From Tubiluchus corallicola (Eukaryota; Animalia; Priapulida): DNA of 64,000 nt. The position numbers and the translations under genes are program-made. Below are positions 37,024-48,835 of this stretch, one piece after another; within the stretch, counting starts at the first letter, position 1; the number at the start of each line of letters is the position of its first letter. Below the pieces are notes generated by a model that saw nothing but the letters and a program-made list of their open reading frames with translations, was not told the DNA's origin and ran no database searches. The stretch is taken from NCBI GenBank assembly GCA_030141605.1, contig JAQGDQ010000319.1, positions 1 to 64,000 of the forward strand. The letters run 5' to 3'.

Positions 37024-38250
37024 TATGTTTGACCACAATAAAGGTGCCTCCCGTTCTATATGTTTGACCACAATAAAGGTGCCTCCCGTTCTATATGTTT
37101 GACCACAATAAAGGTGCCTCCCGTTCTATATGTTTGACTACAATAAAGGTGCCTCCCATTCTCTATGTTTGACCACAATAAAGGTGCCTCCCTCTCGATA
37201 TGTTTGACCACTATAAAGGTACCTCCCGTTCTATATGTTTGACCACAATAAAGGTGCCTCCCATTCTATATGTTTGACCACAATAAAGGTGCCTCCCATT
37301 CTATATGTTTGACTGCAATAAAGGTGCCTCCTATTCTGTATGTTTGACCACAATAAAGGTGCCTCCCTTTCTATATGTTTGACCACTATAAAGGCACCTC
37401 CCGTTCTGTATGTTTGACCACAATAAAGGTGCCTCCCATTCTATATGTTTGACCACAATAAAGGTGCCTCCCTCTCTATATGTTTGACCACTATAAAGGT
37501 ACCTCCCGTTCTATATGTTTGACCACAATAAAGGTGCCTCCCTTTCTATATGTTTGACCACTATAAAGGTACCTCCCGTTCTATATGTTTGACCACAATA
37601 AAGGTGCCTCCCATTCTGTATGTTTGACCACAATAAAGGTGCCTCCCATTTTATGTTTGACTACAATAAAGGTGCCTCCCATTCTATATGTTTGACCACA
37701 ATAAAGGTGCCTCCCTTTCTATATGTTTGACCACTATAAAGGTACCTCCCGTTCTATATGTTTGACCACAATAAATTTACCTCCCGTTCTATATGTTTGA
37801 CCACAATAAAGGTGCCTCCCTTTCTATATGTTTGACCACAATAAAGGTGCCTCCCTTTCTATATGTTTGACCACAATAAAGATGCCTCCCGTCCTGTATG
37901 TTTGACCACAATAAAGATGCCTCCCTTTCTATATGTTTGACCACAATAAAGGTGCCTCCCATTCTATATGTTTGACCACAATAAAGGTGCCTCCCTTTCT
38001 ATATGTTTGACCACAATAAAGGTGCCTCCCTTTCTATATGTTTGACCACAATAAAGGTGCCTCCCGTCCTGTATGTTTGACCACAATAAAGGTGCCTCCC
38101 GTTCTATATGTTTGACCACAATAAAGGTGCCTCCCTTTCTATATATTTGACCACAATAAAGATGCCTCCCGTTCTATACGTTTGACCACAATAAAGGTGC
38201 CTCCCATTCTATACGTTTGACCACAATAAAGGTGCCTCCCGTTCTATATG
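37024..38250. repeat. 35-bp minisatellite, about 35 copies
   Basis: Unit TATGTTTGACCACAATAAAGGTGCCTCCCGTTCTA. Confidence 0.95.
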
Positions 38251-38300
38251 ATTGATTAAATGTCTGTGTGTTTAGCAAACATTATTTTTGACTTTGCTAG

Positions 38301-38400
38301 GTGGTATTTGATTTCGGCAAGTTTCATTTTTCTACCAAGTCACCTGACATTCAGGAACGAAGAGAATTGGTCGCTCAACATTCATCCGACAGTGACGACG
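38301..38400 (+). CDS. VPS13D: VPS13D exon
   Basis: gctag|..|gtaatc, phase 0/1; VVFDFGKFHFSTKSPDIQERRELVAQHSSDSDD. Confidence 0.85.
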
Positions 38401-38658
38401 GTAATCATTTTTCGCATTGTTAATCATCATGTCATACTCGTGGTGTACGTATGTACATTCGTCAACAAACATAATGTTAGCCTCGTATGCTACGAGTATA
38501 ATTTCAAAGTTAGTATTAAATAATGGTCAGGGAAAGCCCCAAAATGCAATGAGAATCACCTAGTCTGAATAACGATGAAAATTTTATAATTTTTTTTATA
38601 GTACGGTGCCTCAGCACTTAATTTCCTACCTGTGCTCTATTTCTTCAATTTTTTCCAG

Positions 38659-38812
38659 AGTACAAGACGCCGTGTTCTACACCTCCACAGTCGGTCAGTG
38701 ATCCGGCAACAGATGTCAGCACCGTTCAGCAGCCATTGTTTACAGAGCTGCAAGAGGCATTCTCAAAAGCCGGTATTAATGACGAAGCTATAAGATTAAA
38801 GATGTATGATCG
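38659..38812 (+). CDS. VPS13D: VPS13D exon
   Basis: ttccag|..|gtaggt, phase 1/2; EYKTPCSTPP...IRLKMYDR. Confidence 0.87.
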
Positions 38813-38879
38813 GTAGGTAACGTTGGCTATTAGTGTTTCATATGGTTGTGTATAAAACGAGTTTTCATAAATCACGTGA

Positions 38880-39470
38880 TGTTTTTATTAAAGATGCTAA
38901 CTTACCCCACTAAGTGTGTTTTTATTAAAGATGCTAACTTACCCCACAAAGCGTGTTTTTATTAAAGATGCTAACTTACTCCACTAAGCGTGTTTTTATT
39001 AAAGATGCTAACTTACCCTACTAAGTGTGTTTTTATTAAAGATGCTAACTTACCCCACAAAGCGTGTTTTTATTAAAGATGCTAACTTACCCCACTGAGC
39101 GTGTTTTTATTAAAGATGCTAACTTGCCCCACTAAGCGTGTTTTTATTAAAGATGCTAACTTACTCCACTAAGCGTGTTTTTATTAAAGATGCTAACTTA
39201 CCCTACTGAGTGTGTTTTTATTAAAGATGCTAACTTACCCTACTAAGCGTGTTTTTATTAAAGATGCTAACTTACCCTACTGAGCGTGTTTTTATTAAAG
39301 ATGCTAACTTATCCTACTAAGCATGTTTTTACTAAAGATGCTACCTTACCCTATTGAGCGTGTTTTTATTAAAGATGCTAACTTACCCTACTGAGCATGT
39401 TTTTATTAAAGATGCTAACTTACCCTACTGAGCGTGTTTTTACTAAAGATGCTAACTTCCCCTACTAAGT
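38880..39470. repeat. 37-bp minisatellite, about 16 copies
   Basis: Unit TGTTTTTATTAAAGATGCTAACTTACCCCACTAAGCG. Confidence 0.95.
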
Positions 39471-39660
39471 ATTTGTACTGGTATTTAGATTTTATTGATT
39501 CGTCAAAAGTAATTTGAGATCTACTAGGTTAAAGTTCATATCTTGAATTTGATTTTGTTAATCTAAGACACCTACTCGTACTTGCTGATTTGTAGTTCAC
39601 ACATTTCTCTCCGTAAAGCAGTTTTAAGATTTTTTAATAAAACTAAAGGTATGTTCACAG

Positions 39661-39792
39661 GTACTTGCTGGAGTTGAGTGACCTTCAGGTTCTGGTTGGT
39701 ACAGCACGTGATAACTGGAAGTATGCTTACAGACGGGGTACAAGTTCAATGCATGTGCTGGATCGGTTCAGTATCAGTTTACAAGTGGAACG
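39661..39792 (+). CDS. VPS13D: VPS13D exon
   Basis: cacag|..|gtaaga, phase 2/2; YLLELSDLQVLVGTARDNWKYAYRRGTSSMHVLDRFSISLQVER. Confidence 0.92.
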
Positions 39793-40079
39793 GTAAGACT
39801 TTTTTAAACATTCTTGTGAAATTTTGATTAACATTGAGAAAGTTTTCATACTTGCTCTTATTGATTATAAATACGTTGCAAAAAGTTTTTACATCTTGCA
39901 GTTTTCTCTGTCATACCCAAAGATTTATTTAATGTGGTTCTATTTGATTAATTTTAGAAGAATCAGAATTAAACTAAAACTGGATCCAATGCATTTTGCT
40001 ATTCGCTAGTTAGCATTTCGGAAACACATTGTACAATAAAACAGGTGCTGTACCTGTCAGTTCTGATGTGTTAGTTTGT

Positions 40080-40434
40080 GACGAACTACACACGTTAAAC
40101 AGCTCATGCGTGAGCACAGCGGTAAATTTGAAATTTCAATTTCTATCTTAAAACTTTCCTAGTTTTAGTACAACGCAATGAATCTCCTAGAGCAGCACTG
40201 TACTTCAATTTTCGCTTCGCAAACACGTGCAACACACTCGTGGAAATACTTTTGCTGTTAAAAATTATGTTAGTTTGTGATGTCATCAATAATTGGGCTT
40301 GCCTGCTGTTAATTAAGTTTTTAATCTATTATTTAATTATCAGAAATGCTTTTGTAGTATTAATCGTGTTAAAATGTATACTTTTTATCGGACTTTCTAA
40401 TGGGGTAGTATATGAAAAAGCATCATGTCTTCCT
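40080..40434 (-). mobile_element. Second, inverted copy of the TTAA-AGG (Kolobok-like) repeat at 5378
   Basis: Ends GGGGTAGTATATGAAAAAGCATCATGTCTTCCT|TTAA, and aligns by eye to the reverse complement of 5378-5760. Confidence 0.5.
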
Positions 40435-40655
40435 TTAAGATTAACAAATGGTAGTTTCATTGTCGTTAACGAACTTCTCTTAATCTGTAGTTATAAACAT
40501 TGTGAGATTTCTGCCTCATCTTCTTGCATTAATCGATCTGAAAATCACTAAATGTTAAGCAAATCTCAAATACGCAAATGCTTCCTGAAAACTGGTAGTA
40601 AAGTGTTTGATTCTTTGCTTTGTTACGTTTTAATGCAGTACATTGTTCTTTTCAG

Positions 40656-40746
40656 GCGGATTTTATTTACCGTCGATCCACAGTGGCCGTCTTGCACCGT
40701 GACAGGAAGTTTACCCAAATTGGTTGTACATGTCAATGAACAAAAG
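40656..40746 (+). CDS. VPS13D: VPS13D exon
   Basis: tttcag|..|gtagac, phase 2/0; RILFTVDPQWPSCTVTGSLPKLVVHVNEQK. Confidence 0.92.
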
Positions 40747-40798
40747 GTAGACAATATTAAACAATCTTCTGCTCATTGCATTCAGTTTTATTATAGAA

Positions 40799-41240
<442 letters not shown>

Positions 41241-41250
41241 TCTCAACGTG

Positions 41251-41304
<54 letters not shown>

Positions 41305-41512
41305 TGTATATTGTACTGTTATTTTATTTATATATGTATTAATTTGTATGTGTTAAGAGGAGGGGTTATAATTATTGCATGTCTTGTAATTATTGTATGT
41401 TATGTATTCTATGAACCTAGTTCCAAATAAAGAGTTAAATCAAAATCAATCAAAATCATCTCATCTTCACACTCATTGCCTTTCAAACTTCCATTTCATT
41501 TATCTTTTCCCT

Positions 41513-42500
41513 TCTGCACTACTGTTACTCCATACTGACTGTTCGGCTCAGATTTTACAAGTTCACCTTCTGTTCTGTGTCGATAATCATTTGTGCTGCA
41601 CTACTGTTACTCCATACTGACTGTTCGGATCAGATCTTACAAGTTCACCTTCTGTTCTGAGTCGATAATCATTTGTGCTGCGCTACTGTTACTCCATACT
41701 GACTGTTCGGATCAGATCTTACAAGTTCACCTTCTGTTCCGAGTCGATAATCATTTGTGCTGCGCTACTGTTACTCCATACTGACTGTTCGGCTCAGATT
41801 TTACAAGTTCACCTTCTGTTCTGAGTCGATAATCATTTGTGCTGCACTACTGTTACTCCATACTGACTGTTCGGCTCAGATCTTACAAGTTCACCTTCTG
41901 TTCCGAGTCGATAATCATTTGTGCTGCACTACTGTTACTCCATACTGACTGTTCGGCTCAGATCTTACAAGTTCACCTTCTGTTCCGAGTCGATAATCAT
42001 TTGTGCTGCACTACTGTTACTCCATACTGACTGTTCGGCTCAGATCTTACAAGTTCACCTTCTGTTCCGAGTCGATAATCATTTGTTCTGCGCTACTGTT
42101 ACTCCATACTGACTGTTCGGATCAGATCTTACAAGTTCACCTTCTGTTCCGAGTCGATAATCATTTGTGCTGCGCTACTGTTACTCCATACTGACTGTTC
42201 GGCTCAGATTTTACAAGTTCACCTTCTGTTCTGAGTCGATAATCATTTGTGCTGCACTACTGTTACTCCATACTGACTGTTCGGCTCAGATCTTACAAGT
42301 TCACCTTCTGTTCCGAGTCGATAATCATTTGTGCTGCACTACTGTTACTCCATACTGACTGTTCGGATCAGATCTTACAAGTTCACCTTCTGTTCTGAGT
42401 CGATAATCATTTGTGCTGCACTACTGTTACTCCATACTGACTGTTCGGCTCAGATCTTACAAGTTCACCTTCTGTTCTGAGTCGATAATCATTTGTGCTG
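41513..42500. repeat. 82-bp minisatellite, about 12 copies
   Basis: Unit CTGCACTACTGTTACTCCATACTGACTGTTCGGCTCAGATCTTACAAGTTCACCTTCTGTTCCGAGTCGATAATCATTTGTG. Confidence 0.95.
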
Positions 42501-42701
42501 CTCATCATAATTTATTGTTAGGCTGTATCTTGTTTACGGATATTTCTCGTGTTATTTCTGTATTGTGTATTTTTGCGTAAGATATTACCGCCTGTGTACT
42601 TGGCTCTCGTAATAAATAAACAATAAACAGTATTGAATTGAATGTTCGGAAGTTGCAAAAGTTCATACAGTTGGCCTAAACATTTTTTGCACTATTCATA
42701 T

Positions 42702-43152
42702 CGTCTAATGTCATTTGCTTACTTGCATTTTGGTTCTTTGAAATTTTGAGTTTTTCGATACTGGAAACATTATATATCTGTATTTTACATTATGCATTAT
42801 ACATCGATACAACGTACATCTGTATCGTCTTTGGTCTAATATGGTCTAATGGTCTAATATGGTCTAATATCATTTGCTTACTTGCATTTTTGTTCTTTGA
42901 AATTTTGAGCTTTTCGATACTAGAAACATTATATATCTGTATTTTACATTATACATTATACATCGATACAACGTACATCTGTATCGTCTATGGTCTAATA
43001 TGGTCTAATCGTCTAATATGGTCTAATATCATTTGCTTACTTGCATTTTGGTTCTTTGAAATTTTGAGCTTTTCGATACTAGAAACATTATATACCTGTA
43101 TTTTACATTATACGTTATAGTGGTTATACGTCTATACAACGTACATCTGTAT
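42702..43152. repeat. ~159-bp tandem repeat, about 3 copies
   Basis: CATTTGCTTACTTGCATTTT recurs at about 42712, 42871 and 43029. Confidence 0.88.
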
Positions 43153-43223
43153 GTTGATCAGAACAAATTGTGCAGCAGCTCTTTGCTTTAGGAGATTATT
43201 CTTAATTTAATGTTTAATTTCAG

Positions 43224-43405
43224 ATTGAAGCTTTAAGCAATTGTGCAAGTTATTTGCAAAAACAAATGACGAGTGATTCTGATTTTGCTAAATCTGGATC
43301 AGACGTTTCTCTCACATTGGATAATGAATTGAGAGAAGCAGCTTTACTAGACAACAAGAACTTGTCTCGGAGTACTTTCAGCTTGGCTATGAAGAACATT
43401 CACAG
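43224..43405 (+). CDS. VPS13D: VPS13D exon
   Basis: tttcag|..|gtagat, phase 0/2, open frame IEALSNCASYLQKQ... Confidence 0.8.
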
Positions 43406-43929
43406 GTAGATGTCGCTAAAAGCTTACTGTTAACTTGAGACACTTTGCTTCAAATTGTTTTGCCTAAATTGTCCATCTATCTGTTCAAGTATGAGATGTT
43501 CCGAATATCGTGAGATGATGTCTCATAAGTTCAACCGGTTTTGTCTGATTGGTAACTAGGGTTTTTAGTTCAAATACTGACTTAATTCATTATTTTCTGT
43601 CCACTTTCATCAAGTTAAGCAAACAACTGATCAAATCATTCAGTAAACAGTCATTGGGTTGAATTAACTGATTAGGAATTGTATGTCTTTGTTTGATAAC
43701 ACTTGAAAACATTCAAGGTAAAGCAATCATTCCGTTTCGTGTAAAAGTCTTGTAAGATGTATAATGGAAAGGAATTTTTTAAATTTGTTATTCACACGTT
43801 TTTTCTACTTTAATCAATCATGGCTGCATAGTTAAATAGTAGGACAAAATCCTTATCAACGAATAACAATATAATCCTTATTGTTTGTGTTGTTTTTTAT
43901 AAACAAACCTGTACGTTTTTTTCGTGTAG

Positions 43930-44021
43930 CGACTTGGAAGAGAAACAATTTCCAGAAGATGCACGATTATTGCTCATGCATTTTTCTATCGAGAACATGT
44001 GCCTGGATCTGCAAAGCAGAG
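43930..44021 (+). CDS. VPS13D: VPS13D exon
   Basis: gtgtag|..|gtacgt, phase 2/1; DLEEKQFPEDARLLLMHFSIENMCLDLQSR(G). Confidence 0.88.
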
Positions 44022-44094
44022 GTACGTAAATGTTGTGAAAAGTTTTTTCTTCACTTGAGTGGCTCCCCCAAGTTGCCTAGTTAAAAACAGCCTT

Positions 44095-44470
44095 ATATAT
44101 ATATATATATATAAGATTCGAGGCTACAGCTCGGACGACGGCACCATTTGCGGCGATCTATACATCAATGAAAGGTCTTGATCTAGTGCCGTGCCATTGG
44201 GGGTTTATTTTTCGAATCGGGCCAGCCGGTTGGAACGGCGGGCGAAAAACCTCCAAAAATGGCCTTGGTGGGACTCTCGGAAGGAGATATATAGCTCTTT
44301 AGAAAGAGAAGGAACAGGGCTACACGATGATGTGGGCCATATTTTAGGACACGTCCGCCAAAAGGAGTACTGACGAGTTAATTAGATGTTCTATTTTCGG
44401 CAATTTTCGCTTGGAAAACGTGTATTTATACGCAAAATTTTTTGCGGGGCCTTTGCTAGTTTAGAATTAA
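44095..44470. repeat. GC-richer insertion after a (TA)n tract, probably a repetitive element (possibly Helitron-like)
   Basis: Abrupt composition shift after (TA)n. The TATAGCTCTTTAGAAA motif is shared with about 58977. Family assignment is weak. Confidence 0.3.
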
Positions 44471-44689
44471 TTCTGCCCTGTCAAAATAAAACACTTTCTT
44501 AATAGGTTTTGATTAATTAATTGACTGTTAGTCATTTTGTATTTTTAAACTTAATTCTTCATTGGCACTGAGTTTGTGCTGACAGCTATTAATACGCTTT
44601 GTAGTGATACTTGATATCTTGCTGCCATTATATGTTGTGTATAGAATTAGGCTTCCTTGGTTTGATGTAGTGGTTTCTCAGACTAGAGA

Positions 44690-45378
44690 ACAACGACGCT
44701 AATGCGTTCCAGCAGAATGCGATGTTAAGCGAAACGTCGTTAAACGAAACCAAACTTTCCACAGGAAATAATGTAAATGAATTGAGATACGTTCCAGAAC
44801 CAAAAATCATATAAATTAAACGCTGTATGAGTTTTATTCATATTTCTACTGATTAATGTCTTTCTGTTTGCTTGAAACCACGTATTTTTCTTACCAATAT
44901 CTAGCTAGACCTGCTAGCGATTTCTCCTTCTGTTTAAACACTGCGTGTTAAGCACTCCATAGTGAAAGCCAAGTTCTGCAAGGAGCGACTTTGAGACAAT
45001 TTCATGTAGTACTAATCTGGTTGTTACAGCAACAAGTTACAGACAAAATTCCTTGGTATAAAGTTTAAACTCGGATGTCGCTTGACACAAATGGCAAACA
45101 TTTAGTATGTAGTCAGTCGAGATGCAAAAACATTGTAATAATTGCACTATTTAGGTTACTAATGTGTTTTAGAACAGAATGACGCAATATGTACCATTTT
45201 AGCGCTTCAAATTAGGTAAAGGAGTTGTTGATTAAATAAAAATTGCTGTGAGCGAAGAAAAAGATCATCGTTAAGACGAAATGATACGTCTTTAAGTGAG
45301 AAAAAGGTGTCAAATGTTCAGTGTTGTTAAAACGAAACGTCACTAAATGGGGAGTCGTTAAGCGAGGATTTACTGTAT
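44690..45378 (-). mobile_element. Second copy, in opposite orientation, of the MITE family at 33559
   Basis: 45290-45378 is the reverse complement of the 33557-33650 terminus (GTCGTTAAGCGAGGATTTACTG|TA). 44692-44765 matches the reverse complement of 33961-34035. Confidence 0.7.
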
Positions 45379-47792
45379 AAACAATGAGCATTGTTAAAAT
45401 TAAACGTCACTAAGCAGGGAGTCATCAAGCGAGGATTTACTGTATAAACAATGAGCATTGTTAAAACGAAACGTCGCTAAATGGGGAGTCGTTAAGCGAG
45501 GATTTACTGTATAAACAATGAGCATTGTTAAAATTAAACGTCACTAAGCAGGGAGTCATCAAGCGAGGACTTACTGTATAAACAATGAGCATTGTTAAAA
45601 TTAAACGTCACTAAGCAGGGAGTCATCAAGCGAGGATTTACTGTATAAACAATGAGCATTGTTAAAATTAAACGTCACTAAGCAGGGCGTCGTTAAGCGA
45701 GGACTTACTGTATAAACAATGAGCATTGTTAAAATTAAACGTCACTAAGCAGGGAGTCATCAAGCGAGGACTTACTGTATAAACAATGAGCATTGTTAAA
45801 ATTAAACGTCACTAAGCAGGGAGTCATCAAGCGAGGACTTACTGTATAAACAATGAGCATTGTTAAAATTAAACGTCACTAAGCAGGGAGTCATCAAGCG
45901 AGGACTTACTGTATAAACAATGAGCATTGTTAAAATTAAACGTCACTAAGCAGGGAGTCATCAAGCGAGGACTTACTGTATAAACAATGAGCATTGTTAA
46001 AATTAAACGTCACTAAGCAGGAGTCATCAAGCGAGGATTACTGTATAAACAAGAGCATTGTTAAAATTAAACGTCACTAAGGCGTCGTTAAGCGAGGACT
46101 TACTGTATAAACAATGAGCATTGTTAAAATTAAACGTCACTAAGCAGGAAGTCATCAAGCGAGGATTTACTGTATAAACAATGAGCATTGTTAAAATTAA
46201 ACGTCACTAAGCAGGGCGTCGTTAAGCGAGGACTTACTGTATAAACAATGAGCATTGTTAAAATTAAACGTCACTAAGCAGGGAGTCATCAAGCGAGGAC
46301 TTACTGTATAAACAATGAGCATTGTTAAAATTAAACGTCACTAAGCAGGGAGTCATCAAGCGAGGACTTACTGTATAAACAATGAGCATTGTTAAAATTA
46401 AACGTCACTAAGCAGGGAGTCATCAAGCGAGGACTTACTGTATAAACAATGAGCATTGTTAAAATTAAACGTCACTAAGCAGGGAGTCATCAAGCGAGGA
46501 CTTACTGTATAAACAATGAGCATTGTTAAAATTAAACGTCACTAAGCAGGGAGTCATCAAGCGAGGACTTACTGTATAAACAATGAGCATTGTTAAAATT
46601 AAACGTCACTAAGCAGGGAGTCATCAAGCGAGGACTTACTGTATAAACAATGAGCATTGTTAAAATTAAACGTCACTAAGCAGGAGTCATCAAGGAGGAC
46701 TTACTGTATAAACAATGAGCATTGTTAAAATTAAACGTCACTAAGCAGGGAGTCATCAAGCGAGACTTACTGTATAAACAATGAGCATTGTTAAAATTAA
46801 ACGTCACTAAGCAGGGAGTCATCAAGCGAGGACTTACTGTATAAACAATGAGCATTGTTAAAATTAAACGTCACTAAGCAGGGAGTCATGAAGCGAGGAC
46901 TTACTGTATAAACAATGAGCATTGTTAAAATTAAACGTCACTAAGCAGGGAGTCATCAAGCGAGGACTTACTGTATAAACAATGAGCATTGTTAAAATTA
47001 AACGTCACTAAGCAGGGAGTCATGTAGCGAGGACTTACTGTATAAACAATGAGCATTGTTAAAATTAAACGTCACTAAGCAGGGAGTCGTCAAGCGAGGA
47101 CTTACTGTATAAACAATGAGCATTGTTAAAATTAAACGTCACTAAGCAGGGAGTCATCAAGCGAGGACTTACTGTATAAACAATGAGCATTGTTAAAATT
47201 AAACGTCACTAAGCAGGGAGTCATGAAGCGAGGACTTACTGTATAAACAATGAGCATTGTTAAAATTAAACGTCACTAAGCAGGGAGTCATCAAGCGAGG
47301 ACTTACTGTATAAACAATGAGCATTGTTAAAATTAAACTTCACTAAGCAGGGAGTCATCAAGCGAGGACTTACTGTATAAACAATGAGCATTGTTAAAAT
47401 TAAACGTCACTAAGCAGGGAGTCATCAAGCGAGGACTTACTGTATAAACAATGAGCATTGTTAAAATTAAACGTCACTAAGCAGGGAGTCGTTAAGCGAG
47501 GACTTACTGTATAAACAATGAGCATTGTTAAAATTAAACGTCACTAAGCAGGGAGTCATCAAGCGAGGACTTACTGTATAAACAATGAGCATTGTTAAAA
47601 TTAAACGTCACTAAGCAGGGCGTCGTTAAGCGAGGACTTACTGTATAAACAATGAGCATTGTTAAAATTAAACGTCACTAAGCAGGGAGTCGTCAAGCGA
47701 GGACTTACTGTATAAACAATGAGCATTGTTAAAATTAAACGTCACTAAGCAGGGAGTCATCAAGCGAGGACTTACTGTATAAACAATGAGCA
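45325..47792. repeat. 67-bp satellite, about 37 copies, built from a MITE terminus plus flank
   Basis: Unit TTGTTAAAATTAAACGTCACTAAGCAGGGAGTCATCAAGCGAGGACTTACTGTATAAACAATGAGCA. Confidence 0.95.
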
Positions 47793-48100
47793 TAGACAGT
47801 TCATAAACGTTTTGCTTAGATGCCGTGATCAATTTGTTGATAGATGTGAATAGATTTACTTTGATTGTTCTTGACTAATGTTGATTATGTTCACCATCTT
47901 CGTGTATATGTGGATCGACCATGAGACTATGAGTATGAGTAAGATACAGATTGTAAATTTAATCCATGCTTCATCAATTGATTTCGTTCGTCAGTTTAAC
48001 ACGAACATCGCTTCTGCAACTTTGTCAAATTAATCTGCAAAAACATCCGAGCAACAATTCTAGCTTCATGACAAATTGTGCGCTGTTTCTATCTTCATAG

Positions 48101-48266
48101 GCAGGAGCATTGTGGAGCTACAAGTTTCCGGAGTGAAAGCGGATTACATTAAGCGGACGTACGACACCTCCGTAGCATTGACAGTACATGGACTTTTGCT
48201 CATCGACGCTATACAAACTTCCGGACAGGATTTTGAGCTTCTAATTGCCTCTCACAAATTTGTCAA
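48101..48266 (+). CDS. VPS13D: VPS13D exon
   Basis: tcatag|..|gtaagc, phase 1/2; GRSIVELQVSGVKADYIKRTYDTSVALTVHGLLLIDAIQTSGQDFELLIASHK. Confidence 0.93.
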
Positions 48267-48474
48267 GTAAGCTGGTTTAGATAATGTTCTGTTTGGCATA
48301 GCAAGCTGATATTCAACTACATGTTTTGTTGATTGTTGTAGCAGGACAGGAATCTAGCTTATTATCAAAATTCGTGCTTTAAGATGAGATGCGCAGATTT
48401 TAGTTGTGGTGTTGAGCACAAAGTATGACTACACGGCTATTCCTTTTGAAGCAGATCTGCTCTTAAATATTGTT

Positions 48475-48835
48475 ATGTGGACATTGTTTAGATTTTTAAT
48501 GTGGACATTGTTTAGATTTTTTATGTGGACATTGTTTAGATTTTTAGTGTGGACATTGTTTAGATTTTTGATCTAGACATTGTTTATATTTTTTATGTGG
48601 ACATTGTTTAGATTTTTAATGTGGACATTGTTTAGATTTTTAGTGTGGACATTGTTTAGATTTTTAATGTGGACATTGTTTAGATTTTTAGTGTGGACAT
48701 TGTTTAGATTTTTAATGTGGACATTGTTTAGATTTTTAGTGTGGACATTGTTTAGATTTTTAATGTGGACGTTGTTTAGATTTTTATTGAGGACAGTGTT
48801 TATATTTTTAATATGGATATTGTTTAGATTTTTAA
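48475..48835. repeat. 24-bp minisatellite, resuming at 51172-51230 after the piggyBac
   Basis: Unit ATGTGGACATTGTTTAGATTTTTA. Confidence 0.92.

Noticed and set aside
41393-43120. Series of 63-aa ORFs and a 124-aa ORF suggesting a repeat protein
   Set aside because: Products of the 82-bp and 159-bp intronic minisatellites; no splice or homology support.
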